From positions 7,540-71,539 of the forward strand of contig JAQBFN010000020.1 in assembly GCA_032123335.1 (NCBI GenBank): a DNA stretch of 64,000 nt, in the 5' to 3' direction. The notes under the pieces were generated by a model. It was not told where the DNA came from. It did not search any database and worked only from the letters and a program-made list of their open reading frames with translations. Shown piece by piece: positions 28,220-37,810 of this stretch. Both the position numbers and the translations under genes were made by a program. The stretch is from Candidatus Micrarchaeota archaeon. Its GTDB lineage: Archaea; Micrarchaeota; Micrarchaeia; Anstonellales; Bilamarchaeaceae. Every line of letters starts with the position of its first letter. The stretch's first letter is position 1.

Positions 28220-30588
28220 ACAAACTGCACATATTCATACTGATTGCAATTCTGCTATTCGGATGCACAGAAATGGAAAACTATTATGAGGGGGAAGGGA
28301 AAGAAATAAACCGCACAGAACCCCTGGATATGGACAACCTGATTTCCTGTGACACCACAGACCATGATTGCATCTGCATGGTCTGCGAAAACAGTGATTC
28401 ATTTGAATTCACCAATCCCTTCAACCGTTTTTACAGCATAGACCTCAGGGAAGGAGAATGCAGATTCGAAACAGATTGCACAGAGGAAAAATTCCTGGAA
28501 ATCTCCACCCCGGATTTTGAGAATTTCCTTTTTGGCCAGGAGCAGGTGCGCTTCTTCATGCTTGGCCAGGGCTCGAATTTTGCAGAGTTCGCAGACGCAA
28601 ACCGCTACTGCAATAACTCCCTTAGGCTCGCAGTCCGCTGGCTCTATTCCACTGATGGATTTGAGTATCCTGCCCCCCAGCCCGAGCGCGCAGAATGCTT
28701 CCTTGAAAAGGACACGCTTCCCGTTTACCTCCTTTACAGCGAAGGAGAAGCAATGAGCGTCCCCCGTGCTGCTTACATCGCATCGCAATTCCAGGAATCC
28801 GGCCCCGTAATCCTTACTTCTGAATTCGATTTCGACCCCTCCAACTTCCAACAGCTTAACGATGCAATAGACCAGGCTATCGCAATGAAATCCGCTTGCC
28901 CTGATTGCCTGATTGCAATCGCACCCAAATTCAAATACAACTACAGCGAAGTTGATGGCGAATATTACGGCTATAACCACACCTACGATGCAATCGATTA
29001 CATTTTCGAGACCCAGGAGGCCCGTGACAGCATAGCCCTTGTTGCCATAGGCCTCAATTCCCATTACACCCAAAACTGTGCAGGCGCTTCCCTCCTTTGG
29101 GATGGGATGGCTTACTCCAAATACATAATGCAGCAGCATGGAAAGCCCACGCTCTGGGCATATGTTCTTCTTGATGATAGGCAGCCCAGTGCAGCCCCCT
29201 ATGGTTCCCTTGAATACTGCGAATGGAATTCAGATGAGATCACACGAACATACGGTGACCTCTACAAATACATCCCCTCTTTCGTAAACAATGGGGTAAT
29301 CGGAATCGCCCCATATTCCCTTTACGGTCTGGGTACGGGTCCGCTTGAATGCGCAGATTGCGGAATGATGGCAGTGGATGGAACAACTTATCCACAGCAC
29401 GCAGAATGGTTTTCCCTCTGCCAGGTTTACTATACCGGGAGGGGAGTAATCCCAGTGGTTTTCTCCCCCAGCCCATGCGCTGACTGCTCATTTGCAAACA
29501 ACTTCAACATGTTCCAGCTTTCCGACTCTTACTACGGCTCCGGCCCAACCATTGAGCAATACCAGGACAAGGCAGTTGCTCCCTTCTCCACATTCTATAG
29601 GTGCAACGGACAGCTCATGAGTGAGGTACCCGAAGAGATAACCCTCCCTTCTTACTCTGCGGGCGATAATGAATGCAACTGGTACCCCGAGCTGGATATT
29701 TTCTCAGACCTCCGAGACTCCGACCCTGTGCTTGCCCGTGCAATAACCTGGGGTGAAACCGGCTTAAATGATGATACTGAAGGCCCAGATGGCGACATGT
29801 GTGAAGCTTCTGATGTTGATTTTGGCCTGGCCAGCTTTCCTGAATGCGTAACCGACCCAGAGGGAAGATGTGGAACACAGTGCGCCCCGACAAACTGGCG
29901 CAAGCATTCCCTGGGCCTCATGCAAATCCATGTATATCCCCAGCAAATCTGGGCCGATTATCCCCCTGGCTCTGGAACAGAGCAGGAGGCTCTCTGGTGC
30001 GCTGGAAATGCCGTAGATGGATTCAACCCATTCAACAAAGCCCACAACGCATGCGTAGGGACCGCAATCATCCTGGAATATCTCCAGGTGGGAAAATCCA
30101 AGGTTTCAAGCAATGAGCAGCAGCTCGGGCTCGCCTACCTAAAAACCACATATGGGGAAGACAGCGATGAATACCTCAACATGAAGAACGCATTCATTGT
30201 TTTCATTTCTTCTTATTACTACAACGGGTTCTCAGCCTTCCAGAACGGAATAGATTCCTGGATATATGAATACTCCAAGCAGAGCGGGATAACCGATGAA
30301 TACTGCGAAGTTGCAGCCGGCTCAGACCCCTGCTGCAACAGCGATGGCACAGCCAAGAGCAACAACTGCTGTGGAGTAGAGAACTTCATAAACTACTACC
30401 AGTCCTGCAAGCTCCCCACACTTTCCAACCAGCAGGCAGGGGCATACGGGCTTAGGCTCCTCGGCCACTACAAAGCCCTTCTAAAATGCGAAAAATACGA
30501 TGAGGCCCAGCACGAGCAGAACCTCATAGACTACCTTGAATCCTATGGTGAATCATTAGAAGAACCAGAGGAAGCGGAAGAAAGCTAG
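28216..30588 (+). CDS. Cys-rich lipoprotein with lytic-transglycosylase (SLT/lysozyme-like) motifs
   Basis: Lipobox LFGC. About 50 Cys. ITWGETGLN…SLGLMQIHVY…KAHNACVG…AIILEYLQ corresponds to SLT motifs I-III (E-S/T, GLMQ, AYNxG). 4-bp overlap with the giant gene. Confidence 0.55.
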   Translation: MNKLHIFILIAILLFGCTEMENYYEGEGKEINRTEPLDMDNLISCDTTDHDCICMVCENSDSFEFTNPFNRFYSIDLREGECRFETDCTEEKFLEISTPDFENFLFGQEQVRFFMLGQGSNFAEFADANRYCNNSLRLAVRWLYSTDGFEYPAPQPERAECFLEKDTLPVYLLYSEGEAMSVPRAAYIASQFQESGPVILTSEFDFDPSNFQQLNDAIDQAIAMKSACPDCLIAIAPKFKYNYSEVDGEYYGYNHTYDAIDYIFETQEARDSIALVAIGLNSHYTQNCAGASLLWDGMAYSKYIMQQHGKPTLWAYVLLDDRQPSAAPYGSLEYCEWNSDEITRTYGDLYKYIPSFVNNGVIGIAPYSLYGLGTGPLECADCGMMAVDGTTYPQHAEWFSLCQVYYTGRGVIPVVFSPSPCADCSFANNFNMFQLSDSYYGSGPTIEQYQDKAVAPFSTFYRCNGQLMSEVPEEITLPSYSAGDNECNWYPELDIFSDLRDSDPVLARAITWGETGLNDDTEGPDGDMCEASDVDFGLASFPECVTDPEGRCGTQCAPTNWRKHSLGLMQIHVYPQQIWADYPPGSGTEQEALWCAGNAVDGFNPFNKAHNACVGTAIILEYLQVGKSKVSSNEQQLGLAYLKTTYGEDSDEYLNMKNAFIVFISSYYYNGFSAFQNGIDSWIYEYSKQSGITDEYCEVAAGSDPCCNSDGTAKSNNCCGVENFINYYQSCKLPTLSNQQAGAYGLRLLGHYKALLKCEKYDEAQHEQNLIDYLESYGESLEEPEEAEES

Positions 30589-30992
30589 TTCTTCCTTCCA
30601 AACCCTAATTTCCTTTTCCAGTAGAAGAATGTTCTCCTGGGCATCATGAGCTCCTTCATTTTCTCATCATTGCTCGTTTTCTTGGAAATAACCGCCCTAA
30701 TCTTCTTCTCATCATATTTCTGCGGCCTTCCCCTCTTGCACTTCCTTACAATGACCTCTACGCTCTTCCCCAGGCTCCCCATCACTTTCCTTGGGATAGT
30801 CCTGGAAATGCCTTCGCTTATGTATAATTTCTTTATTCTTGTCTCATTAAGCAGGATCACAAACATCATCACATTAGGCTTGGTTTTCAAAAAGAATGAT
30901 TCTGCATCCTTGTTATCAGTTATCTGCCTATAGATGTTATCCCTGGTTCCTTTGAGCTCGATTGCGCTAAGTTCTTTTGAACAATCCGGCAT
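30585..30992 (-). CDS. Small HTH-domain protein (possible transposase-N-terminus-like or regulator)
   Basis: …EGISRTIPRKVMGS…KRGRPQKY… resembles homeodomain-like HTH modules. No catalytic domain. Confidence 0.3.
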   Translation of the reverse strand: MPDCSKELSAIELKGTRDNIYRQITDNKDAESFFLKTKPNVMMFVILLNETRIKKLYISEGISRTIPRKVMGSLGKSVEVIVRKCKRGRPQKYDEKKIRAVISKKTSNDEKMKELMMPRRTFFYWKRKLGFGRKN

Positions 30993-31029
30993 AATTTCTC
31001 ACCTGCGACTAAGATTCAATTAATCCTCA

Positions 31030-32328
31030 CTATTCCTTTTTAACCCTTTTGAGGAATTCTCCTCCCTTCCCCTCTTTCTCTATGGATTTCAGCAGCATTC
31101 TTGAACCCTTTACTTCTTCCAAACCCATTCCCAGGAACTCTGAAACCCACTTCTCATCCTTCCCCCCTTCTTCCAGGAGCAACGCCGCCCCCAATTTCTT
31201 ATTGTCTATCCTTACTCCCATCTCCTCAATCTCCATCTTCTTCCTGAGGATTGTTGTTGCGGGCAGCCCATCAGCCTCATACAGGAATGTAAATATCCTC
31301 ATCTGGCTGTTGCTCGGGACCACCGCCATTCCGGGATAAAGATTGCTCTTCTTTCTCTGCTCCCTGGGCGTAGTAAGGTAAAACTTGAACATGGGGGCAA
31401 GCAGCAGCATAGTGCTCCTTTCCAATATTTTATTCCTCCTCTCACTCTTTCTTTTTCCTATCTCAGCTGCAAGGTTCTTCCCCATTGTGTATTCCCCGTC
31501 ATTCTTGGAAAGCAATCCCTTCTCTGCAAGCTCCTTCTTGAGTTCCTCATACCCCTCCACCTGGTCCACCCTCACATCTGGCCTAAGCCCCTTTCCCCGC
31601 ATATAATCATTATATTTCTTGATTTCCCCCTTCTCCTCTTCTTCCAGCTCCCACACAACCGTTTTTGCAATATAGTTAACAATTGCAGCCACAAGCGAGA
31701 TCCTTGTTCCCTTTGATGCAATAATTAGCTTCCTCTTCAGGCTCGGCTTTACTTCTTTCACAACTGCCTCAAGCCCAAACATCCTCGCCACTTTATAATC
31801 AATCCTCTCCTTGTCCTCAACCTGCACAGTATGAATCTCTCCCCCGCTATCTACCTTTACCTGGAAGCACCTGCTCACATCCGCCATCAGGTCCATCCTG
31901 TCCATAATGGTTCTGTATGCAAGAATCCCCTCTCCCCCTGATTCCATCAGCACCCCGATATGGTTCCCATCCAGAGGAGTATGCTCCACAATGTCTGCAT
32001 ACCCCATTTCCAGGAAGTGCTGGGAAAGCTTGTGCGCGGAAAGCGCTATGCTCGCCCGCGCCAAACTATATTTCTTTAAATTAGCAATCTGCTTAAAGTA
32101 TGAAACCTGCTTCTTCAGGTCTGCCCACTCAGCCTCATCCATGTCCTTTGCTTCTTCCATTGTCCTCTGCAGAATCCCCTTAAAGGGTGCATTGAATCCT
32201 GCAAAAAGCATCCCTTCCCTTACCTCTCCTATTCTCTGGATATTCTCGCTCTTGAAGGGTCTCGCATCTTTCAATATATCCTCAAGCTGCTGTACAAGCG
32301 ACATCGATGGAAGGTTCATGGCAACCAC
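31030..32328 (-). CDS. Hypothetical protein co-oriented with, and overlapping, the topo VI A gene
   Basis: ORF only. 13-bp overlap with the top6A start. Confidence 0.4.
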   Translation of the reverse strand: MVAMNLPSMSLVQQLEDILKDARPFKSENIQRIGEVREGMLFAGFNAPFKGILQRTMEEAKDMDEAEWADLKKQVSYFKQIANLKKYSLARASIALSAHKLSQHFLEMGYADIVEHTPLDGNHIGVLMESGGEGILAYRTIMDRMDLMADVSRCFQVKVDSGGEIHTVQVEDKERIDYKVARMFGLEAVVKEVKPSLKRKLIIASKGTRISLVAAIVNYIAKTVVWELEEEEKGEIKKYNDYMRGKGLRPDVRVDQVEGYEELKKELAEKGLLSKNDGEYTMGKNLAAEIGKRKSERRNKILERSTMLLLAPMFKFYLTTPREQRKKSNLYPGMAVVPSNSQMRIFTFLYEADGLPATTILRKKMEIEEMGVRIDNKKLGAALLLEEGGKDEKWVSEFLGMGLEEVKGSRMLLKSIEKEGKGGEFLKRVKKE

Positions 32329-33434
32329 TCTTTACCGTTTATTTTCTTTCTTATGTACTCGCCTACGAATGTAAGCCTCTCACCCTGGAGTGCATCCTGC
32401 TCAATCTTTCTCTTGTCCTTCAACACTCTTTTGAGCTCCTCAACCCACTCTGGATGCACGTTAATCCACGGGTAACTCAACATCTCTTCCGCTCTTTTAA
32501 TATCTATCGGCTTCGCCTTAATAGTTAGTTTTTTCAGGAACTCAAACTCATCAATATCCGCCATTGTTACCCCGAGAAACCTTGCCTCCGGGATCGAGAA
32601 ATCCCGCCCCAGGTATGCAAGGTTCATGCTTCCTGTTTTAATCGTCCAGTAGATGTACCACCCCCACGCATCACAATCCGTAAATACATAGACCGGCAAT
32701 CCCTTGTCCGCCAGCCTCCGAAGCAATCTCCTGGTTCCCCGAGATGCCTGCCCCTTAGGAGTAATAAGTATACAGTTCTCTTTCTTCCAGAACCTGTCCT
32801 CATTCAGCCTCTGCCAGAGCGCATCCTTTTCCACTACAAGAACATAATCCGCTTTCACATCAACAAATTCCATCCCGTTGTCCACATCACTCGGAATCAT
32901 CCACCCGCTCCTTCCCTGCTTTGCACAATCAATAGTGGTTTCCTCCCCAGCAAAGGTATCCTTCACAATCATATCCCCTGCAACAACCCCCTTCCTATCC
33001 GTAGTCAGGTGCAAATCTTCCCTCTTTATCCCCATCGACACCTCCAGATCCTCAATAAGCGAATTCGATTCAGTCTGCTCCTCAAACAGGCTCTCGTCCA
33101 TATTCTCCCCAAGGCTAAACTTCAACTGATAATACAAACCCCTGATGCTCGTATGCAAACCCTCAATCAAAAACTTCTTGGTTTTATTCGCAACCGCAAC
33201 GGTCTGCATAAACGTCCTGGCCTGCGCCACATTCAAAAATTTCCTCTCCTCCTTCTTCTCCCCCAGGCGCAAAAAACCAACCGACTTATCATACTCTATA
33301 TTCCCCCTGCTCCTCAAAGGCGTTTCAAAAGTGGGAGATTCCTTCTTCCTTACCTGCTTAATCATGCTCTTCCCAAGGCCCTCCAGCTTCTCAATGGTCT
33401 CTTTCTCTCCCATGCTAATCAAACCTCTCTTCAA
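32316..33434 (-). CDS. top6A: DNA topoisomerase VI subunit A (Spo11-like)
   Basis: Catalytic-Tyr region RGLYYQ. Toprim VLVVEKDA and FTDCDAWGWYIY. Confidence 0.9.
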   Translation of the reverse strand: MKRGLISMGEKETIEKLEGLGKSMIKQVRKKESPTFETPLRSRGNIEYDKSVGFLRLGEKKEERKFLNVAQARTFMQTVAVANKTKKFLIEGLHTSIRGLYYQLKFSLGENMDESLFEEQTESNSLIEDLEVSMGIKREDLHLTTDRKGVVAGDMIVKDTFAGEETTIDCAKQGRSGWMIPSDVDNGMEFVDVKADYVLVVEKDALWQRLNEDRFWKKENCILITPKGQASRGTRRLLRRLADKGLPVYVFTDCDAWGWYIYWTIKTGSMNLAYLGRDFSIPEARFLGVTMADIDEFEFLKKLTIKAKPIDIKRAEEMLSYPWINVHPEWVEELKRVLKDKRKIEQDALQGERLTFVGEYIRKKINGKEWLP

Positions 33435-34953
33435 TCATTTTCTGCAGCCCGGCCTTAATCTCCCCTTCATCCGCCTTATTCCCCGCAAGGTCTGCCATGT
33501 CCCCGCTAATCTGCCCCACATACTTCATAATTGCTTTTTTCTTGGTGCTCTTCTCCTTCTCCCTTCTTCTCCCTGAAAGGTGCTTCTGCACCTGCCTTCC
33601 CGCCTCCATGAGCGCATTCCTTATCTCCTCAACCACATCATCTTCCCCGGAAATAGATTGCTTTCCCGCAGAAGTATACGGCACATGCACACTGGCCAAA
33701 TTCACAAGTATCGCAATAGGCTCCTCATCAAACTTCTTGATTTCGTACCTCTTCCACTCTACGTTCTTTGCAGTCTGTGTTATCGCACATCCCCCCGCAT
33801 CAAACAGAAGCGGCGCACGGTTCGCAAACCTCATCACAACTCCCCCCTTCCCTTCCTTATTTATGTCTCCCCCATATGCAATCCCCACCTCCACCACAAA
33901 TGGAATCCCCCCTCTATAAATCTTAGGCGGCCTGCTTGTAACATAAACCAATTCCGGATTCAGGATATTGTTCAATGATTTCTCAATCTGCTCTTTTCCA
34001 ATCGGAATAACCGAATCAGTAGCAGGCGCAATCCATTTCACCTTCCTGAACCCGACCACCAGCTTTTCCGCATCATCCCAGGTAAGCTTCGAGGGTTTCA
34101 TGTCCAAATTCACTTCAGGAACAAGCTCCTTCAGCTCCTTCACCTTATTCAAACTAATGCGCGTAAACTCATTCTGCAGCATCGCAGACAACCGGTTATA
34201 CTGCTTCGCTGCCTTCGCAATATCCAGCAAATCGTTTGCCCCAATGCCCAAAGGATGCGGCTTCACCTCCTGCGCCTTCTCCGGAAGGCCTTCCACGGAT
34301 TGGGGGTATACAAACCTGTCCCCCTCCGGGCTGTTGAATACAATCCTTGCATGCGGATTCACAATCGCAGTCCGCTTCAGGTACTCCCCAACCCCATATG
34401 CACTCTTCTCATATTTTGTATCAGCAAAAACCCCTTCCACTTCCAGCCCATGCTCCTCAGGAGGGCAATCCTCCCGCACAACCTCCGTAAGCACCGGCCT
34501 GTTCCCCTTAAAATCAATCCCCAGCTTGCAGCTCACTTTCTTTCCGAGGTGCTTTGAAACCACGCTCACCGGCTGCCCGGTAGTAATCAATGAATACATT
34601 GTGCATCCTGCAGCCCCAATTCCCTGCTGCCCCCTCTGCTGCACATACCTGTGGAACTTGGTTCCCGCAAGCATCATCCCCAACGCTTTCCCCAGGATGT
34701 TCTCAGGAATCCCGGGCCCATTATCCCTAACCTTTACCCTATACCTATCATTTTTCTCAATCTCTTCCACCCAAACTTCTATGTCCGGGTGTATCCCCGC
34801 TTCCCCGCAAGCATCCAGCGAATTAGTAATATACTCATGCACAATTGTAGTAAGCGAGCGGATTTTCCCTGAAAACCCCAGCATCTGCCTGTTTTTCTTG
34901 AAGAACTCCGCAACGGAATATTCCTTGAACCCGCTAAATATGTTCTCAGCCAT
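33415..34953 (-). CDS. top6B: DNA topoisomerase VI subunit B (GHKL ATPase)
   Basis: Bergerat-fold motifs EYITNSLDA, DNGPGIP and GQQGIGAAG. Confidence 0.9.
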   Translation of the reverse strand: MAENIFSGFKEYSVAEFFKKNRQMLGFSGKIRSLTTIVHEYITNSLDACGEAGIHPDIEVWVEEIEKNDRYRVKVRDNGPGIPENILGKALGMMLAGTKFHRYVQQRGQQGIGAAGCTMYSLITTGQPVSVVSKHLGKKVSCKLGIDFKGNRPVLTEVVREDCPPEEHGLEVEGVFADTKYEKSAYGVGEYLKRTAIVNPHARIVFNSPEGDRFVYPQSVEGLPEKAQEVKPHPLGIGANDLLDIAKAAKQYNRLSAMLQNEFTRISLNKVKELKELVPEVNLDMKPSKLTWDDAEKLVVGFRKVKWIAPATDSVIPIGKEQIEKSLNNILNPELVYVTSRPPKIYRGGIPFVVEVGIAYGGDINKEGKGGVVMRFANRAPLLFDAGGCAITQTAKNVEWKRYEIKKFDEEPIAILVNLASVHVPYTSAGKQSISGEDDVVEEIRNALMEAGRQVQKHLSGRRREKEKSTKKKAIMKYVGQISGDMADLAGNKADEGEIKAGLQKMIEERFD

Positions 34954-34956
34954 GCC

Positions 34957-35481
34957 CTACCCCTTGAGTTTAATGGCCAGCTTCATCGCCCGCACCGTCT
35001 TAAGGTAATTGAGCACCGTTGTGTGTGGCGCCCCATCAAGAATCTTGAATATCGCTTCTTTTGTAAATTCCATCAGTTCCGCAGGCGCAATTATCGCAAT
35101 TGTGTGCCCGTACATGCAGAGGTATGAATCCGTGGAATCCTCTATATCCTTCTTGATTTTTCCTTTCTCACCAATTACCCTTCCCGTCATTCTCTTGCGG
35201 GCATTCTCTGTACTAAACTGGTCCCTTAAATCTATCACATGGAATAGATAATCATCTTTAAAAAGCTTAACCGCTTCCGCAATTTTGAACCCCCTCCCAA
35301 TCGCATGCACAACATCTTTTGCAAAAAATGCATCCGCACCGTCCCCCTCAATCGTCACTTCCCCCTCATCCTTCACGCTAATCTTCACATTATAATTATC
35401 TTCAATCATTTTTTTGTTCTTCATCTTTCCGCCCATAAGCTCCCCAACTCGCTCCTCAGGAATTCGTATAATCTCCATCAT
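34957..35481 (-). CDS. KH-domain RNA-binding protein (aDim2/Pno1-like)
   Basis: Two KH modules with GxxG-like loops (IGRGFK, IGEKGKI). About 175 aa. Confidence 0.5.
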   Translation of the reverse strand: MMEIIRIPEERVGELMGGKMKNKKMIEDNYNVKISVKDEGEVTIEGDGADAFFAKDVVHAIGRGFKIAEAVKLFKDDYLFHVIDLRDQFSTENARKRMTGRVIGEKGKIKKDIEDSTDSYLCMYGHTIAIIAPAELMEFTKEAIFKILDGAPHTTVLNYLKTVRAMKLAIKLKG

Positions 35482-35485
35482 TGTT

Positions 35486-36436
35486 TCACCCCAGGCTCTT
35501 TTCTGCTTCTTTTTTTACTTCCGGAGGCAACCCCTCAGGAATCAGCTCCTTCGCCTTCGTCTTCCCATAAATTTTCTTTGCAAGCGCCCCCAGCTCATCC
35601 ATTTCCTTCCCCCTCAATCTCGAAAACATCTTAGTAAACTCCCCCCCAGCCCCATCCTTTGAATTCCCAATAATGTGCTCCAGCGCCATCCTGAATATCT
35701 CATCCGGCTCATACACATACAGCCCCACCGCCTTTTTCGCAGCCGCCTCCACTTTGTGCATCTTCAGTGTTTCCAGCGCCACCCTCTTCGTCTCTAAATC
35801 CCAGTCATCCATCATGTCCACAAACAATTTTGCAACATCCGCATCCCCGGGAAGCAGTATCGCAAGCGCTTCCATCGCATAAACCTGCGGCTCATTAATC
35901 TCAGTTCTCGCAATATTCAGCAACTCTCCCCTCACATGCCCCACAAGCTCATCATCCCCCAAATGCGTAATATAAGATAATGCTGCCTCAGAAGGCCTAT
36001 CCTCACCGAGTATCGCCTTTATCCATCCCCCCACCAGCTCCTTATTATGCGTAAATCCATCCCCGAACGCCATCATCATATTGAGGTCCGGCCCTTTCTT
36101 CCTCTCATACAAATTGTTCAGCGCTCTCTCGAGCACATCCCCCCACTGCCCCATCACAATCATCGTAAACAGGCACTTCGCAAGCGTAGCCTTCGGCACC
36201 TTCATCCTGTGCGCTTTTGGGGACTCCTGGAGCACGCTGCACCCTATGTTCACCAGCGCCTCCCGTATCCCCGCGTACTTCTCCACCAGCGCATCAAACC
36301 CTTCCCCTTCCCTATATGCCTCTATCATTGCCCAGAATATCTCCCGCGGATTCGCGTCCGAGGAAAGCTTGTGCTTGGACATCTTCACGATGTCTTCCGG
36401 CAGCGTAGGGGGAGGCTGCTCTTTGTTGTCCTGCAT
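35486..36436 (-). CDS. Hypothetical alpha-helical (HEAT/ARM-like) protein
   Basis: ORF only. Confidence 0.3.
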   Translation of the reverse strand: MQDNKEQPPPTLPEDIVKMSKHKLSSDANPREIFWAMIEAYREGEGFDALVEKYAGIREALVNIGCSVLQESPKAHRMKVPKATLAKCLFTMIVMGQWGDVLERALNNLYERKKGPDLNMMMAFGDGFTHNKELVGGWIKAILGEDRPSEAALSYITHLGDDELVGHVRGELLNIARTEINEPQVYAMEALAILLPGDADVAKLFVDMMDDWDLETKRVALETLKMHKVEAAAKKAVGLYVYEPDEIFRMALEHIIGNSKDGAGGEFTKMFSRLRGKEMDELGALAKKIYGKTKAKELIPEGLPPEVKKEAEKSLG

Positions 36437-36569
36437 CGCAATCCATCTTCTATTTAATAGAGAACCTTTTTAAATTCACGTCAGAGAATTTCCCACATCG
36501 ACGTATTTCTCCTCCCCCAATTAAACACTAACCAACACATTTAAATACAACCTCCCACCCAATATATAC

Positions 36570-37109
36570 ATGGGAAAAGCACTCAAAATCCAGCCCCAGA
36601 GGCCAATCCCGCTCCAGAGGGTTCCCAGCCGCAGGCAAATGCCCTTCAATCCCACTTCCAAACAACTCATGTTCGAAAACACTGAACGCACCTCCCTCAA
36701 GAATTCCCTTGGGGAACGCTTCACTCTCACTGTTGAAAGATTGTACCCTGGTGGATACGATATAGAGCTCAAAAGCAAGGACAGGGAAGCAGGGCAACTC
36801 ATAATCGACATAAGCCTCAGAACCTACAAAGAAAAGAACAAAGTTTGCATTTCCAGCATCACCTGCTGGACTCCGAAGCTGCCGGACCAGGCTTACTCCA
36901 AGCCCCCCAAGGAAAACAGGGGCTTCGGAATTATCCGCCTTGCAATCCAGTTCGCAAAAAAAATCGCAAAAGAACAGGGCATCTCCCGCATTACAATCAT
37001 GCCTTACTGCTTTGCGCTCAGGGACCATTATGTAAATTCCGGATTCAGGGAGGAGCCCGTTTCGGACACAATCAAGAAGCACGAACTTGTTATGCACCTG
37101 AAACAGTAG
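36570..37109 (+). CDS. Hypothetical protein, possibly a GNAT-fold acetyltransferase
   Basis: Weak GNAT motif-A-like RGFGIIRLAIQFA…. Confidence 0.3.
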   Translation: MGKALKIQPQRPIPLQRVPSRRQMPFNPTSKQLMFENTERTSLKNSLGERFTLTVERLYPGGYDIELKSKDREAGQLIIDISLRTYKEKNKVCISSITCWTPKLPDQAYSKPPKENRGFGIIRLAIQFAKKIAKEQGISRITIMPYCFALRDHYVNSGFREEPVSDTIKKHELVMHLKQ

Positions 37110-37227
37110 GGGCCGAAGCCTCAAGCCATTTTATGCCTTAAAGCCTCTCATTATTTGAACAGTTAGAAGCCGTGACATCACGCCTCGAAGCTCCTCATTA
37201 ATTTAATTAGTAAATAGCGGGACTTCA

Positions 37228-37300
37228 AGCCGTGAACGAGAGTCGAACTCGTGACCTCGTGCTTACCAAGCACGCGCTCTACCAACTGAGCTACCACGGC
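37228..37300 (-). tRNA. tRNA-Thr (anticodon GGU)
   Basis: Reverse complement folds as GCCGTGG-TA-GCTC-AGTTGGTA-GAGC-G-CGTGC-TTGGTAA-GCACG-AGGTC-ACGAG-TTCGACT-CTCGT-TCACGGC-T. Confidence 0.85.
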
Positions 37301-37467
37301 AAGTTTTTATAACCGCGTTACGCTTACGCAAAAACTTGCGTCAAAAAACACCGCATTACGCTACCTTTTTGGTTTACTCTGCACTGCTCCGGTGCATAAA
37401 CCTGCACATGGGAGTATTGTTTTTGTTTTATTGGAAGGAAAAGATAAAAAGGGTAACTCTCCCGGAT

Positions 37468-37776
37468 CTAAACCAGGGAGATTTTAACGAAGACGCTGTC
37501 AGGCACTTTAACTCTGAGAATCTGCCTAATCATCTTCTCATCGCCCTCTACAATAACGAGCCTCTTGGAGATTCTCTTCTCCCAGTGCTCATAGGTGTCC
37601 GAACCATCCCCGCAGGGAGTTCTCCTCGGGTCAACCATGAGCCTTTTCCTGGGCATAGGCACAGGCCCAGTAACGGTCATGTTCAGAGTACGGGATAGGT
37701 CCTTAATCTGGTCAATGACCTTGTCAAGGTCTCCAGGGGATTCCCCCTTGAGGATTATTTTCGCCTTCGTCATCAA
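37468..37776 (-). CDS. rps10: 30S ribosomal protein S10
   Basis: …TVTGPVPMPRKRL…RTPCGDG… is the uS10 signature. Directly downstream of tuf. Confidence 0.9.
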   Translation of the reverse strand: MMTKAKIILKGESPGDLDKVIDQIKDLSRTLNMTVTGPVPMPRKRLMVDPRRTPCGDGSDTYEHWEKRISKRLVIVEGDEKMIRQILRVKVPDSVFVKISLV

Positions 37777-37810
37777 ATCACGTTTCCAAAATAAAAGGAA
37801 GGGGGAGAAG

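Noticed and set aside
22592-30992. Integrated provirus or mobile element as an explanation for the giant-gene block
   Set aside because: No integrase, capsid, terminase, portal or flanking direct repeats were found. The small HTH gene at 30585-30992 is the only MGE-like hint, and it is weak. Treated as a chromosomal operon.
33968-35008. 346-aa plus-strand ORF opposite top6B
   Set aside because: Antisense to a high-confidence GHKL topoisomerase gene. The Ser/Pro/Thr-rich translation is not protein-like.
37110-37227. Possible att-site duplicate of the tRNA-Thr 3' end (aagccgtga at 37171-37179 and at the tRNA 3' end, 37227-37235)
   Set aside because: Only 9 bp are shared and there is no adjacent integrase. 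Too short to distinguish from chance.
37301-37467. TATA-like tttttataa immediately upstream of tRNA-Thr (plus 37304-37312)
   Set aside because: It lies only 4-12 nt from the mature 5' end, which is too close for an archaeal TATA box at -26. The repeated ttacgc motifs nearby remain unexplained.
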